A stretch of DNA of 64,000 nt from Octopus vulgaris (Eukaryota): positions 30,504,001 to 30,568,000 of the forward strand of contig OX597836.1 of the NCBI GenBank assembly GCA_951406725.2, written 5' to 3'. A program made the translations under genes and the position numbers. Positions 38,318 through 51,017 of this stretch are shown here, one piece after another; position 1 is the first letter of the stretch, and each line of letters begins with the position of its first letter. Under the pieces are notes generated by a model. That model saw only the letters and a list, made by a program, of their open reading frames with translations. It was not told where the DNA came from and did no database searches.

Positions 38318-39082
38318 CAGGTGTGTCTATGCGGTTCAGAAGCTTGCTTCCCAATTATATGGCCTCAACTTCAACTTCACTGTACAGCACTGCTATAGCC
38401 CCAAACTGATCAAAGCCTTAAAAGTGGATTTGATAGATGGAAACTGAAAGAAGTCATTATGTGTGTGTGTGGACACATACAATTGTCTTGTGTTTGCATA
38501 TACATATAATTGTCTTGAGATCACATCATACAAGCAATGTTGTTCCTTTCCACACGCAATAGATAATGCAATAGGACGAACAGACAGAATCATTAGCATG
38601 CCCGGCGAAATGCTTAACGGTATTTCGTCTGCTGTTACGTTCTGAGTTCAAATTCTGCCAAGGTCGACTTTGCCTTTCATCCTTTTGCGGTCGATTAAAT
38701 AAGTACCAGTTACGCACTGGGGTTGATGTAATCAACTTAATCCCTTTGTCTGTCCTTGTTTGTCCTCTCTATGTTTAGTCCCCGTGGACAATAAAAACAT
38801 ATACAATGTAATGTTCATTTTCAGTCTTCTGAAATATTGTATCCTAAACATCTCTTTACTTTTCCCTTCCCTGCATATTGCACATCGCTAACACTTCTCT
38901 CTCCCTCTTTTCTCTCACTTCAGCTAACTACATGTTTGGCCTTGGAAAATATTATTTTGCTTGGAACGAAGAGGTTAGTAGAATGAAGGGTATCTGGTTA
39001 TAGAAAATTTGCCTTAATAAATTCCATCTGACCCTTCTCCCCTGCCATCATGGAAAAGTGGACACCAAATGATGGTGATGAT
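38318..39082 (+). mobile_element. SINE family D containing a nested family B SINE and a locally copied segment
   Basis: D head 38318-38460, body resuming at 38800 and 38931, RTE-type tail at ~39050-39082. Confidence 0.65.
38586..38798 (+). mobile_element. SINE family B, 5'-truncated
   Basis: Matches 42579-42809 in reverse. Confidence 0.88.
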
Positions 39083-39133
39083 ATGTATAACGTATATAAT
39101 TTCATATTAGATGCATATATGACTGTGTTTATA

Positions 39134-39341
39134 TATGAGGGCCACTGAAAAGTTCCTGGCTTTCAGTAAAAGAAAAAACAAGAGGGTCAGTTAATTATGA
39201 TTTTAACATATTCCCCTCTCAGATTCACACACTTACTGCAGTGGTCCTTCAGTTTTTCTAAGCCCTGTAAAACAACTCAGAAGGTTGCGCCTCCAACCAG
39301 GCCTTTTGCAATACCCTTAAAGCCAGGAACTTTTCAGCATC
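39134..39341. mobile_element. mariner-type MITE
   Basis: TA-start, TIR core CTGAAAAGTTCCTGGCTTT / AAAGCCAGGAACTTTTCAG; right end truncated. Confidence 0.8.
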
Positions 39342-39344
39342 ATT

Positions 39345-39600
39345 TAATGTTTTGACTGGGCTGGCATGCTGTGCCAGACTCCAAGTCTGATTTGGCATGG
39401 TTTTCTACGGCTGGATGCCCTTCCTAATGCCAACCTCTCCGAGAGTGTAATGGGTGTTTTTATGTGCCACCAGTATGGGTGCCATTTGCGTGACACCGGT
39501 ATCTGCCATGACTGCGATTTTGTTTGGCTTGATGGCTCTTCTTCTCAAGTACGACATAATGCCAAAGGTCTTGGTCATTGCCTCTGTAAGGCGCAACAAT
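39345..39600 (-). mobile_element. Family C internal fragment
   Basis: ggctggatgcccttcctaatgccaacc...ggcttgatgg.tcttct. Confidence 0.8.
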
Positions 39601-40222
39601 CAAAAGGAACTCAGCCACCTTGCCCCCATATATATATATGTGTGTGTGTGTGTGACCATGTACAACCCATCTGAGTGTGGAAAAGTGGATGTTAAATAAT
39701 AATAATGATGATATATATAAAAAGCCATAAATACATCGCATATGAAATTATATACATACACAACATTTTATCTTTAATTTTCTTCATCTCAAAAGAACAT
39801 AATTACAACATACTACAGTGTACTACGTCTGAAATTTCATGAGGTAAAAAGAGACCATCATATAAAATATATTGAATTTCAAAATTAAAAGAAAAAAACG
39901 TTTTTCCTTTGTTTTTTTAAAGTAGCTAATTTCATGCATCACACAACACATTTTAAAATCTTTAATAAGTCTACCATTACAAAAATTATATTCGTTATTG
40001 CATTTTCATTAGGACTCTCATGATATTATGCATAACCTAAGCTTTACCACCTCATATATCAAAAATGACATCTATTTAATGCTGATGATATAACTAGGAA
40101 GTTAATATTGATCTCGGCTTTTGTAAAGTACGATTCTTTACGTTTAGAATTATAAATTCTATGACAAAGACAAAGAACATAGAAATAAAAAAAAAGAGTT
40201 ATTTATTTAAAACACATTTCAA

Positions 40223-40224
<2 letters not shown>

Positions 40225-40256
<32 letters not shown>

Positions 40257-40334
40257 ATGCATTGTATATACATGTGGGTATGTAGACCTATATACTTGTA
40301 CATAAGCGTGTGTTTATGTATGTATGTGTGTGTT

Positions 40335-40384
<50 letters not shown>

Positions 40385-40567
40385 TGCATCTAATATATAT
40401 ATATATATATATATATGCATGTGTATACACACACATACATATAAGCATGTATATATCTACATTATATATATATATATATATATATATGCATGTGTATACA
40501 CACACATACATATAAGCATGTATATATCTACATTATATATATATATATATACACACACACACATGCA

Positions 40568-40606
<39 letters not shown>

Positions 40607-40647
40607 GTAGATATATACATGCTTATATGTATGTGTGTGTATACACA

Positions 40648-40685
<38 letters not shown>

Positions 40686-40690
40686 TCTAA
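40225..40690. repeat. (TA)n-punctuated complex repeat with direct and inverted ~50-bp modules
   Basis: Module tgcatgtgtatacacacacatacatataagcatgtatatatctacatta occurs twice directly and once inverted. Confidence 0.9.
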
Positions 40691-40960
40691 GCAGCTGAAC
40701 ACATTTGTGATGATAAACAAATGAAAATGTAAATAATTGTATAATACACACATGCATACACACAGACACGCACACAAACACATAGGCATCTTTAAATAGA
40801 GCTTATATTTTCATGAATGCACATTTACAGGTGAATGTCTGCAGGCAATGCGACACTCGACACATTTCAAGTGGGTGGGGGATAGAATAGCACTTAAATA
40901 GCAGTGAGTTGGTAAATAGTCAAAAATTCACAGCATAACCAATATTTCTAGAATGTTTAC

Positions 40961-40980
40961 TCTTGCTCCAGTTGGAAAAG
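40961..40980 (-). other. Candidate 20-nt microexon
   Basis: ~60-nt pyrimidine-rich tract ...ttttccttcttaaacag|CTTTTCCAACTGGAGCAAGA|gtaaac. Confidence 0.3.
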
Positions 40981-41173
40981 CTGTTTAAGAAGGAAAAAAA
41001 AAACCCCAAAAAGACAGCAAAATGAAACAAAACAGACAAAAAAGTATTAACACTGACACAATGTTAATACTACATAATTTTGTACTAGTATTTAGTTTAA
41101 GTAACATTATTAATGCTTTTGATACCAGCCTGGCTGAGACTGCCTTTGTATCTATGATCTGAATCTTCTCATT

Positions 41174-41402
41174 TTAACTCTTTAGCATTCAGATTACTCT
41201 GTCAAATGTATTGCTTATTTATTCACATTGTTTTGAGAATTGGTCACAATTACCTTGTAGCTTCAAGATTTCAATGGTGCATTTGTATATTTTTAGAATG
41301 ACATTGTAGGGTATACGTGAGTGGTCGGATCTAGTCAGTTTTCAACATAAAACAGGTAGAATATTTGGGCTACATATGGTCAGATTAAATGCTAAGGGTT
41401 AA
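41174..41402 (-). mobile_element. piggyBac-like TTAA MITE
   Basis: TTAA both sides; CTCTTTAGCATT ... AATGCTAAGGG. Confidence 0.82.
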
Positions 41403-42001
41403 AGAATGATTGAGAGAAAATTATCCAGGTTTTATTTATATATAAATACTTTCATATATATGAACACAACATACCTAGTTTTTTTTTTTTTAACTAGGTA
41501 TACTGTCTCCCTGCATACTTTATGATAATGAAGGTGGTGTTGATGATAATGACAAGCAGAGCAGCCACTATCAAATAATCAAACACTTGGTGAAGCCCAG
41601 CAATTTTTAAGTAGGAAGTGGCAAGACAATTGCATCGACTCTAGTACTTGACTGGTACTTATTTTATCAAGCCAAAAGGAGGAAAAGCTAAATCAACCTT
41701 GGCAAAATTTGGACTCAAAATGTAAAGAGTCAGAAGAAATGTTGATAAGCAACAAAATGAAAAAAGGCAGAACACAGCTCAAAGTGTTTGCTAAGTAAAG
41801 TGACAACTCCTGACATGTTTCAGTCCTATCAAACCTTCACAGCAAAGAAACAGACTCAACTGAATTTGCTAACTCATTTTTAAAGTATTCATATTTAAAA
41901 TATGAATCTTTCATCTTGATGCAAAAATATTTATTAAAAATTACACTTCAAACTTCATAAACAAAGTTTTAGTTATTTTAATAAGTAAGCATTACTTAGA
42001 G

Positions 42002-42533
42002 CAAGGGTCACCAAACTATGGCCTGTGGGCCGGATCTGGTTCACAAGGTCAGTTCATCTGGCCCACCACCACTCTGTACCTTTTGTGTAAGTACCTGCAT
42101 TTGCTTCTGGCATGGTATCAGTGTTTGAAACAACTTAGGTCTGTGAGCAAACATTTTCAAAAATGAAGTATGTGAAGTCAGCACATCAAACGAGGTTGAC
42201 TGATGAACATTTGGAAGCAATTCTCTTGGTTGGATGCAGCAATTCCAAAGAAAATATTGATATCTTAAAAAGCTAAACACCAGCTTCACAAATCTCACAA
42301 ACCGTTTTTGCTTCTTAGTTTGTGAGATTCAGATATGTTTGCAGACATGAGTGTGATATAACTATCTTATTGCTAATGTCGCCTTCTTTGGTAACTTGTT
42401 TGTAAATAAATATGTTGGTTGTCTTTATTTTTTGGGTATTCACTGTATTGTATTGAACAAAATGGTTATGCGGCCTGTGTTCACCATTCTCTCAGTTATC
42501 TGGTCTGCAATGGAAAAGATTTGGCCACCTCTG
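42002..42533 (+). mobile_element. hAT (Charlie/SPIN/GTF2IRD2-like) deletion derivative with a transposase C-terminal remnant
   Basis: TIR CAAGGGTCACCAAACT / (rc) CAGAGGTGGCCAAATCT; 8-bp TSD acttagag/acttaggg; ~42095-42280 reads FASGMVSVFETT*VCEQTFSKMKYVKSAHQTRLTDEHLEAIL (hAT dimerisation domain). Confidence 0.88.
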
Positions 42534-42578
42534 ACTTAGGGGACTAAATCTCAATGACAAAACTCCTAGTTTTATATT

Positions 42579-42809
42579 TATTTCTTTATTGCCCACAAGG
42601 GGCTAAACATAGAGGGGACAAACAAGGACAGACAAAGGGATTAAGTTGATTACATAGACTCCAGTGCGTAACTGGTACTTTATTTATTGACCCTGAAAGG
42701 ATGAAAGGCAAAGTCGACCTCGGCGGAATTTGAACTCAGAACATAACAGCAGACGAAATACCGCTAAGCATTTTGCCTGGCGCGCTAACGTTTCTGCCAG
42801 CACACCGCC
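42579..42809 (-). mobile_element. SINE family B, young full-length copy with 12-bp TSD
   Basis: TSD tagttttatatt at 42567-42578 and 42810-42821; head ggcggtgtgctggcaga, B-box-like GAGTTCAAATTCC, Nin-like GCCTTTCATCCTTTCAGGGTCAATAAA. Confidence 0.92.
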
Positions 42810-44629
42810 TAGTTTTATATTGTGTGTGCTGGTATATAGCTGGTGCATGCTTAAAAAAAACTGATGTCTTGGACTACTGCATGGTTATCTTCTAGACTCC
42901 CAGAAGGGGACACGTCTCAGTAAGAAACCACAATCTGCAAGAGGAGTATGAAATCCCTATCAGTATCAAGTATCAGCTAATGGTAGGTCAAGGCCTAGGT
43001 GGGATTCCAGTCAAAGTAAAGTATTTTACAGAACATTTCCAAATGTTCAATTATTTTTGAAATTAACTAGCACACATGGGCAGTGATGTATATCATTACA
43101 AACAGCGATGAGATGATTACAAAACTGTGTAAAGAAACAAGAAATGTAAGTATCTATATTCATGTGTAACTGGTTCATCAACTCATTTAACATTTTCATC
43201 ATATCAAACTGCCTAAGACCAGTTTTGTTTCCATGATACAAAAGGCTCTCAATTTGAAGTGGTCACATTTAAAAGTAAAACCACTTCTATCATAATTTCA
43301 ATGAACTCATTAAATATTTTTGTACTAATAATTAATATTAAGAATATTTTTTTTTCCTTCTCTACTGATTCGACAGCTTTTTTTTTATTATATACTTGCT
43401 TAGTCCAGTGTTTTCAATGACAGTGGAGTAGAGATAAGTATTAGAAATGGATTGGACAAATTGCCATGATCAATAAAATATAGGCACAAGTGTAGCTGTG
43501 TGGTAAGAAGTTTGCTTCTCAACTACAGAGTTCAGAGTTCAATCCCACAGTGGTGTTCATGGCACTTTTTAATGTCTTACATGACTAGTGCAGGTATAGG
43601 AGGATATGATCTTCAAACTAGAGCAGATCCAGTTAAAGTTACCTTTGGACTAAGCGATAGAGCTGGTGGTAAGCTGGGTAATGGATTAAGATTAACTTCG
43701 AAGAACAGGTGATAGTGCTGGTGAAAAACTGTAAACTGAGCAACAGATTAAATCTACCACCCAAGAACATAAATAGCCCTTTCCTTCGACAACCCTCACA
43801 GTTTCCAGTGACCAAAATTCACTCACAAGGCATTATTCGAATCAAGGCTATGACTGTAACCAAGTGTTCAAGGCACCTCACTGTAGAATTAGATCCAGAA
43901 GCTCCTAATACTTCTTCACAAAACAACCATGCCTGCACCCATATCAAAGCAAACTAGCTATGATAAAAATCTAGATCAGAGGTTAAGCTTATCAATCAGG
44001 TTTACTACTATAAAAAGGTTGAAATAAAGCAGAGAGGCACTTGTGATTAGTCTCTACCAGTTATCATGATTTATGTTCAAAGTAGACACATCAAGAGTGC
44101 TTTTACAGATGTTCATTTATTTACAAGTATTTAGTCTGATATAAGAGAATTGTTCTTGTTGTATAAATATGTTTAAGTATATGTCAAGACAAAATCTTCC
44201 TGAAGCTCATCAAAAATAGCTTACAGTTCACCTGAAAGCACCTCTCTTTTTTTACTCTTTTAACACTTTCAGTTATTAGACTGTAGTAATACTAGAGTAC
44301 AGCCTTCAAGAGCACCAGTTAATTATAATCAACCCCAGTATCTATTTGAGCTTGATACTCATTTTGTCTGCCTCTGTCCAATCTCTTAACTATGATGGCA
44401 TAGAACTTGACACACACACACTACTCCCACCCAGTTTCTCTCAACAAAGTTATCCCAAAGCTACAGCAAAAAGACATTTGCTTAAGTTGTTGAGCAGTGG
44501 AATAAAACCAGAACCCTCATAGTTGTGAAGCAAGCTTTTTAGGTATACATTGTGTCTGGGCTTTACAGGGTTGAAATTTAAATTCAAATCTAAGAATGAA
44601 ACATTATTGCTTATAAGATATCTTTATGT

Positions 44630-45186
44630 TTTATCTTTTACTTGTTTTACTTGTTTCAGACATAGGACTGCAGCCTTGAAGGGTTTTAGTGGAGCAAATC
44701 AACCCTATTACTTGTTTTTTTGTTTTTTTTAAGTCTGAAATTTATTCTATCGCTCTCTTCTGCCAAACCACCAAGTCATGGGGACATAAACAAACCAACA
44801 CCAGTTGACAATGAGTAGATTGTGTAGAGGCAAACACAAAGATGCATGCACACACACACACCTATCATCATTATTTAACGTCCACTTTCCATGCTGGCAT
44901 GGATTAGCTAGTTTGGCTGGAACTGGTAAGCTGGAGAGCTGCACTAGGTTCCAGTCTGATTTGGCACACACGCAGGCTCCTGGTTTGCCAAATGCACTCA
45001 CAAGGCATAAATACATACATACAATGGGTTTCTTTAAGTTTCTTTCTACCAAAATCCATTCACAAGGCTTTGTTCAACCTAGGGTTATAATAGGGGACTC
45101 TTGCTGAATATGCCACAAAGTTGGACTGAACCTGAAACCATGCGGTTGCAAAGAAAGCTTCTTAACCACACAGCTATGCCTGTGCC
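44630..45186 (-). mobile_element. Old family A SINE with a nested family C tail
   Basis: Family A tail/body 44630-44860, C tail 44865-44965, family A head 45020-45186. Confidence 0.7.
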
Positions 45187-45597
45187 AATAGTAATATGAG
45201 ATTATTGGAAGTTGTCTTATTGTGTCAGGTTATTTCACTAAATCTCTCATCATTCTTGATCATTTTGAAAAGAAGCATTGAAATTGAAGTAAGACAGCTG
45301 AGAGAAAATACAAAGCATGTACTTTCAAGCACAAAACAAAGTGCACAAGATTTTGGAGGGTTGCTTGCAGTACATAAACAAAAGAGCAGTGCCTAGCTTG
45401 AATTGTTCTCAAACTTGAAGAATAGTACGAAGCTGGAAAATGGTACATTCCAAATTGTTGAATTCTTTATGCAGCTTTGGACATGTTCCAAATGCCTAGG
45501 TGTACCTATGATCAAGAAACCAGAGATCAATTCAAAAGAAAACCAAGCATTGTCATACCTTTTCAGTATTGAGAAATGCTTTCAACATACTGAAAAA

Positions 45598-45962
45598 TCA
45601 TTGTTTAACATCAGCTTTCCATACTTGCATAGGTCAAATAATTTATCAAGGTAGATTTTCTACAGCTGGATACTCTTCCTGTTGCCAACCCTCACCTGCT
45701 TTCCCTGTGGCCAGATATGATTTTCACTGGAGACTGGAAACAAACAGCATCACTTGTGTGTTGGTGATGCTTCTTTATAACCATGGGTTCGAGACAAAGG
45801 TACACACACACATGCACATAATAGCCTTCTTTTGGTTTCTGTCACAAAGATTTGGTCAACCCAGGGCTTCAGAAGACACTTGCCCAAGGTGCCACGCTGT
45901 AGAACTGAACCTGAAACTATTAGGTGGGGAAGCAAACTCCTTACCACACAGACAGCCACACC
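45598..45962 (-). mobile_element. SINE family D, full-length, diverged
   Basis: RTE-type tail through to family A head. Confidence 0.75.
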
Positions 45963-46535
45963 TGATCTTATGTACACAAAAAATAAAAATTCATTTTGAA
46001 TCTCATGGTACAAGACATTTTGAAAATTAAAATCATAACACAGTGTAACAGTTTCACAACTATATTCCACTACCATCTCCCCACAAAAATGTGAAGCAAC
46101 TCTTTAATGGAAATAGCCAGTCTGAAGATAGTGAGATAAATAACAAATAAATCTAAACAGAAATAAACATCACGGCAAGTTTAATTCAGAATGTCAAGAA
46201 GGAAAATGGAATCTCACACATCCTAGAAAAATTCAATTAAACAACTTTAAGAGAGAGAAAAAAAAACTTCATGCGATTTTCTTTAAAATTATCCACATGG
46301 GTGCAAGCATAGCTACATGGTTAAAAAGTTTACTTTGCAGCCACATGGTTCCATGTTTAATCTCAATGTGCAGCACCTTGGGCAAGTATCTTCTACTATA
46401 GCCTTGGGTTGACCAATACTGCATGAGCGGCAGATAAAAAACTGTACTGAAGCCTGTCTCGTGCATACACATGTCATGTGTTTATGTGTGTTTACACTGG
46501 TTCAGAATAAAATATTATCTCATGTACCTTTTACA

Positions 46536-46700
46536 GGTGCAGGAGTGGCTGTGTGGTAAGTAGCTTGTTTACCAACCACATGGTTCCGGGTTCAGTCCCA
46601 CTGCGTGGCACCTTGGGCAAGTGTCTTCTACTATAGCCTCGGGCCGACCAAAGCCTTGTGAGTGGATTTGGTAGACAGAAACTGAAAGAAGCCTGTCGTA

Positions 46701-46759
<59 letters not shown>

Positions 46760-46963
46760 TCGTGTGTCTGTGTTTGTCCCCCTAGCATTGTTTGACAACC
46801 GATGCTGGTGTGTTTATGTCCCCGTTACTTAGCGGTTCGGCAAAAGAGACCGATAGAATAAGTACTGGACTTCCAAAAGAATAAGTCCTGGGGTCAAGTT
46901 GCTCGATTAAAGGTGGTGCTCCAGCATGGCCGCAGTCAAATGACTGAAACAAGTAAAAGAGTA
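46536..46963 (+). mobile_element. SINE family A, young full-length copy
   Basis: Near-consensus across all modules. Confidence 0.93.
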
Positions 46964-48204
46964 TTCTTGCGGTTTGACCAACAAGGAACAATAAAATACG
47001 TATCAAAACTGATAAATACTAACATCAAAATGATTAACTAAAGTGACTCTAGTATGGCCACAGTCCAATAATTGAAAGCAGTAAAATAATAACGGAATTT
47101 AATAAAATTATGTCAAGAGAAACAGAAAGAAAACAAAATCACTGGAGCAAAGAAAAAAAACTAAAAAGAGCCATTAAGATTAGTATTTTGCTAACTAACA
47201 ATAGAAAACATTTCATCACTGTTTTCTTGTTAAAAGGCTACATGGAATAAAACAGTATGACTATTTAGATTTTCGTTAGTAGCAAGTGTTTTATTAGCTA
47301 AATTACTATATATAGATTGTGAATCAGTACAAACTAATAACATAACACTTAGTGGCAGAAGATAAAAATAACAGAAAATGGAATTCAAGCAGTTTGAACT
47401 ACAGAAGAGATTTAATTCAACTATAGCCAAATAGTTATGTTGTTAATGAATAAAGCACATGTACAACACACACACAAACACACACACAGATAGATAGAAA
47501 AGAATAAAATAGAATAGAACAGAAGAAAAACTGAATAAATAGTTAGTTATTCGACACAAACCAAGAGAATTTACATGAACATGAAGCCAAAGAATATAAA
47601 AATGAAAGACATAAATGAAAAAAAAAATGAGAATATTTGTAAAATAAACATGAAAGTTTACTTAGATTTACACTTTCTTCTAACATCATAAAGCTTTCCA
47701 TGTTCTGCTTTTTTTTGTTTATTTTGCATATTTTATTTTATTAAATACTTTAGTCACTAATGTATGACGCTTTTGACAGTGAAAGTAGTGCACAGCTACT
47801 GCTTATCATGCAACCAAAGAATGGTTGCTTAAAGTAAAAAAAAAAATTAAAAAATAGCAAGCTATTGTTTAGTCCCAGTTCAATTCTTTCTTTTTATTTC
47901 AATTTTTTTTTTATTAGTTTTGGTCATTAGACTACAGTTATGCTGGGGCTCCACCTTGAACAAGGTTTTAAGTCAGACGAATTGAACCCAGGACTTATTT
48001 TTCGTTTTTTAAGCCTGGTACTTATTCTATTGGTTTCTTTTGCCAAACTGCTAAGTTACAGGGACAGAAATACACCAATACCAATTGTGTGGTAGTGGTA
48101 GAGGAGGAGACACACACACATATATACATACAATGGGCTTCTTCGAGCTTCCATCTTTCAAATCCACTAGCAAGTCTTTGGTCAGCTAGGGGCTATAATG
48201 GAAC

Positions 48205-48340
48205 ATTTACTTTTGATTTGAGAAATGCAGGGAATAATTAACGAGTTAGACCAAGTGAATGACAAGAGAGAGGGGTTTTCATGAAAGACCAAATATGCTT
48301 GACTATCACTATGACCTGGCGTTGCCGGGTCTAGTGCTAG
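48205..48340 (+). mobile_element. Helitron 3'-end fragment
   Basis: Hairpin ACCTGGC-GTT-GCCGGGT followed by ctagtgCTAG|T; it truncates a family A SINE (47915-48200). Confidence 0.6.
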
Positions 48341-48406
48341 TCCAATATAAAAAAAGTTAAACATTTAAATCAGTTATTTTTCTTAACAATTGGATAAAAA
48401 TTACAT

Positions 48407-48624
48407 TTAACCCCTTAGCATTTAAACTGGCCATATCCAGCCAAAATTTTCCATTTGCTTAATGTTCAAAACTAACCAGGCCCTCATACCTATAATGTTA
48501 TTCTACATTAAACAATCACCATCATCGAAATCTCAAGCATATGGGATAATGCATGATTAATTCAAAACAATGTGAATCAATAAGCATTAAGTTTGATAGA
48601 ATAACCTGAACACCAAAGGGTCAA
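48407..48624 (+). mobile_element. piggyBac-like TTAA MITE
   Basis: ttaa|CCCCTTAGCATT..AAAGGG|tcaa. Confidence 0.8.
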
Positions 48625-48659
48625 GTCAAATGATCCGACAATATTATTTATTTTATAGG

Positions 48660-49212
48660 TGTGGGCATGTCTGTGAGGCTGAGAAGCTTCCTTTTCAACA
48701 TAAATACTCAGTCCCACTGCATGACAACTTGAGCAAGTGTCTACTACAGCATATACATACATACATGTGTGTGTGTGTGTGTGTGTGTAACCATGTTGTG
48801 ACATCATGTTATGGTTGTAAATAAGCATCACCATCAAAGAAGTGTGGGTGTTCATTTCCAGTCTTCCATGGAAAACAAATCTGGCCATGGAGAAATGTCT
48901 TGCTTGGAAACAGGTGAGGGTTGGTGACAAGAAGGGCATCCAGCTGTAGAAAATCTGCCTCAACAAATTCTGTCTGACCTATACAAGCATGGAAAACTCT
49001 TTACTCTTTTACTTGTTTCAGTCATGTAACTGTGGCCATGCTGGAGCACCGCCTTTAGTCGATCAAATCGACCCAAGGACATATTCTTTGTAAGCCTAGT
49101 ACTTATTTTATCGGTGTCTTTTTTGCCGAACCGCTAAGTTACGGGGACGTAAACACACCAGCATCGGTTGTCAAGCGATGTTGGGAGGACAAATACAGAC
49201 ACACAAACACGC

Positions 49213-49253
<41 letters not shown>

Positions 49254-49441
49254 TACGACAGGCTTTTTTCAGTTTCTGTCTACCAAATCCACTCACAAGG
49301 CTTTGGTTGGCCCGAGGCTATAGTAGAAGACACTTGCCCAAGGTGCCACGCAGTGGGACTGAACCCGGAACCATGTGGTTCGTAAGCAAGCTACTTACCA
49401 CACAGCCACTCCTACGAAAAGTAGACATTATATGATGATGA
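48660..49441 (+). mobile_element. SINE family D, tail interrupted by a family A SINE
   Basis: Tail 'catggaaaa|...|gaaaagtagacatta(tga)n' is split by the insert. Confidence 0.8.
48997..49415 (-). mobile_element. SINE family A, young full-length copy, GAAAA target duplication
   Basis: Near-consensus; gaaaa at 48992-48996 and 49416-49420. Confidence 0.92.
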
Positions 49442-50289
49442 TTACATTGGTCAAATACAAGAGGTTGCTTTAATCACTTAGAGTCATCCCACAAATCTTG
49501 TGGCCTGATACCAATTGATACCAGAAATCAAAATTCAAGAGGAATGAAAGAATTGGTAGTGTGGTGAACAAAATAGCTTTATCTTTTATTTCTTATTTGT
49601 TTCAGTCATTGTCTGCAACCATGCTGGGGCACTGCCTGGAAGGGTTTTAGTTGAACTAATCAACCCCAGTATTTATGAATTTTAAAATCTGCTATTTATT
49701 TTATCAGTCTCTTTTGTCACACTGCTTACATTATAGGATATAAACAAACCAACATTGGTTGCCAAATGGTGGACGACAGACAGACAGACAGACACACAAA
49801 CACGATATGTTCCTTTCAGTTTCCATCTACCCAATCCACTCACATGTCTTTTGGTCAGCTCACAGCTATAGTAGAAGACACCTGCCAAAAGTATCAAACG
49901 GGTATTGAACCCGAAACTATGTGGTTAGAAAGCAAACAGCATGCAGCCATACCTAGCAGTATTTAGTTACAGCTTTTACACACTGATTTCAATATTCACC
50001 AAGGTCGACATTTAACTTCAATCCTTCTCGTGTCAAAAAAGTTAAGTAACAGTCAAAAACTGAGACATTAATGTAAATAATGCCCACCCCCACCCCCTCA
50101 CAATGAGCGGCTTTGTGCCTCTGTTAGCAATCAATATTCAACTGCATTTGGAAAGCTCATACAAATTCTAAAATGAAAGCAATTGTTAAATAGCTATCAT
50201 TTACAGATTGACAACAAAACAGCATTGAAATACACACAGATCATCTTACATTTAACAGCCACTTTACCATGTTTATACATTACATATAT

Positions 50290-50553
50290 AGACATTATCT
50301 ATACACACACATGCATATATATATACATACATACATACATACATACATACATGCCAGTGATTTACTCATCATCTAGTTATACGTTTTGTATAACTTCTCC
50401 ATTATTACATTATATAAATACACACATACATAAATAAATATATATATATATAATGTACACATACATAGATATACACACACACACATATATATATACACAC
50501 ACATACAAACAGATACACACATATATATATACACATACATATACATGTACACA

Positions 50554-50587
<34 letters not shown>

Positions 50588-50700
50588 CACATATACATAT
50601 ATACACACACACATATATATATATACACACATATACATATATATACATATGCATGTGTGTGTGTGTGCGCACATACATACAAATGTATGCACACTCACAT
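50290..50700. repeat. Degenerate (TA)/(CA)/(TACA) microsatellite field
   Basis: Read directly. Confidence 0.9.
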
Positions 50701-51017
50701 TAAAGCAGTTTTATTCAACTGCTGATTATCAAGAAAAAAAAGTTTTCTTCTAAAAATTCTCTACAGATATATATATATGCATGTGTGTGTTTATATTATA
50801 CATACATAACGAGCAAAATGCTACATCCACATCCAATAGCAATCAATTCAGTGTACTTCTTTGCAAGAAATGTATTTGAGATCATGCTATAAATAAAATA
50901 ACTAATACATATGCTGATTCATGATCGATGACATTTGAATAGGCAGAGAAAAATAGTGGCAAAGATGGATGGGTCTAAATGAGAAACCAATCATTACACA
51001 ATCAATTATTACTTTTA

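Noticed and set aside
43071-43145. 75-nt plus-strand exon candidate ending at GTAAGT
   Set aside because: Poor acceptor; it overlaps an equally plausible minus-strand branch point/acceptor, so it is ambiguous.
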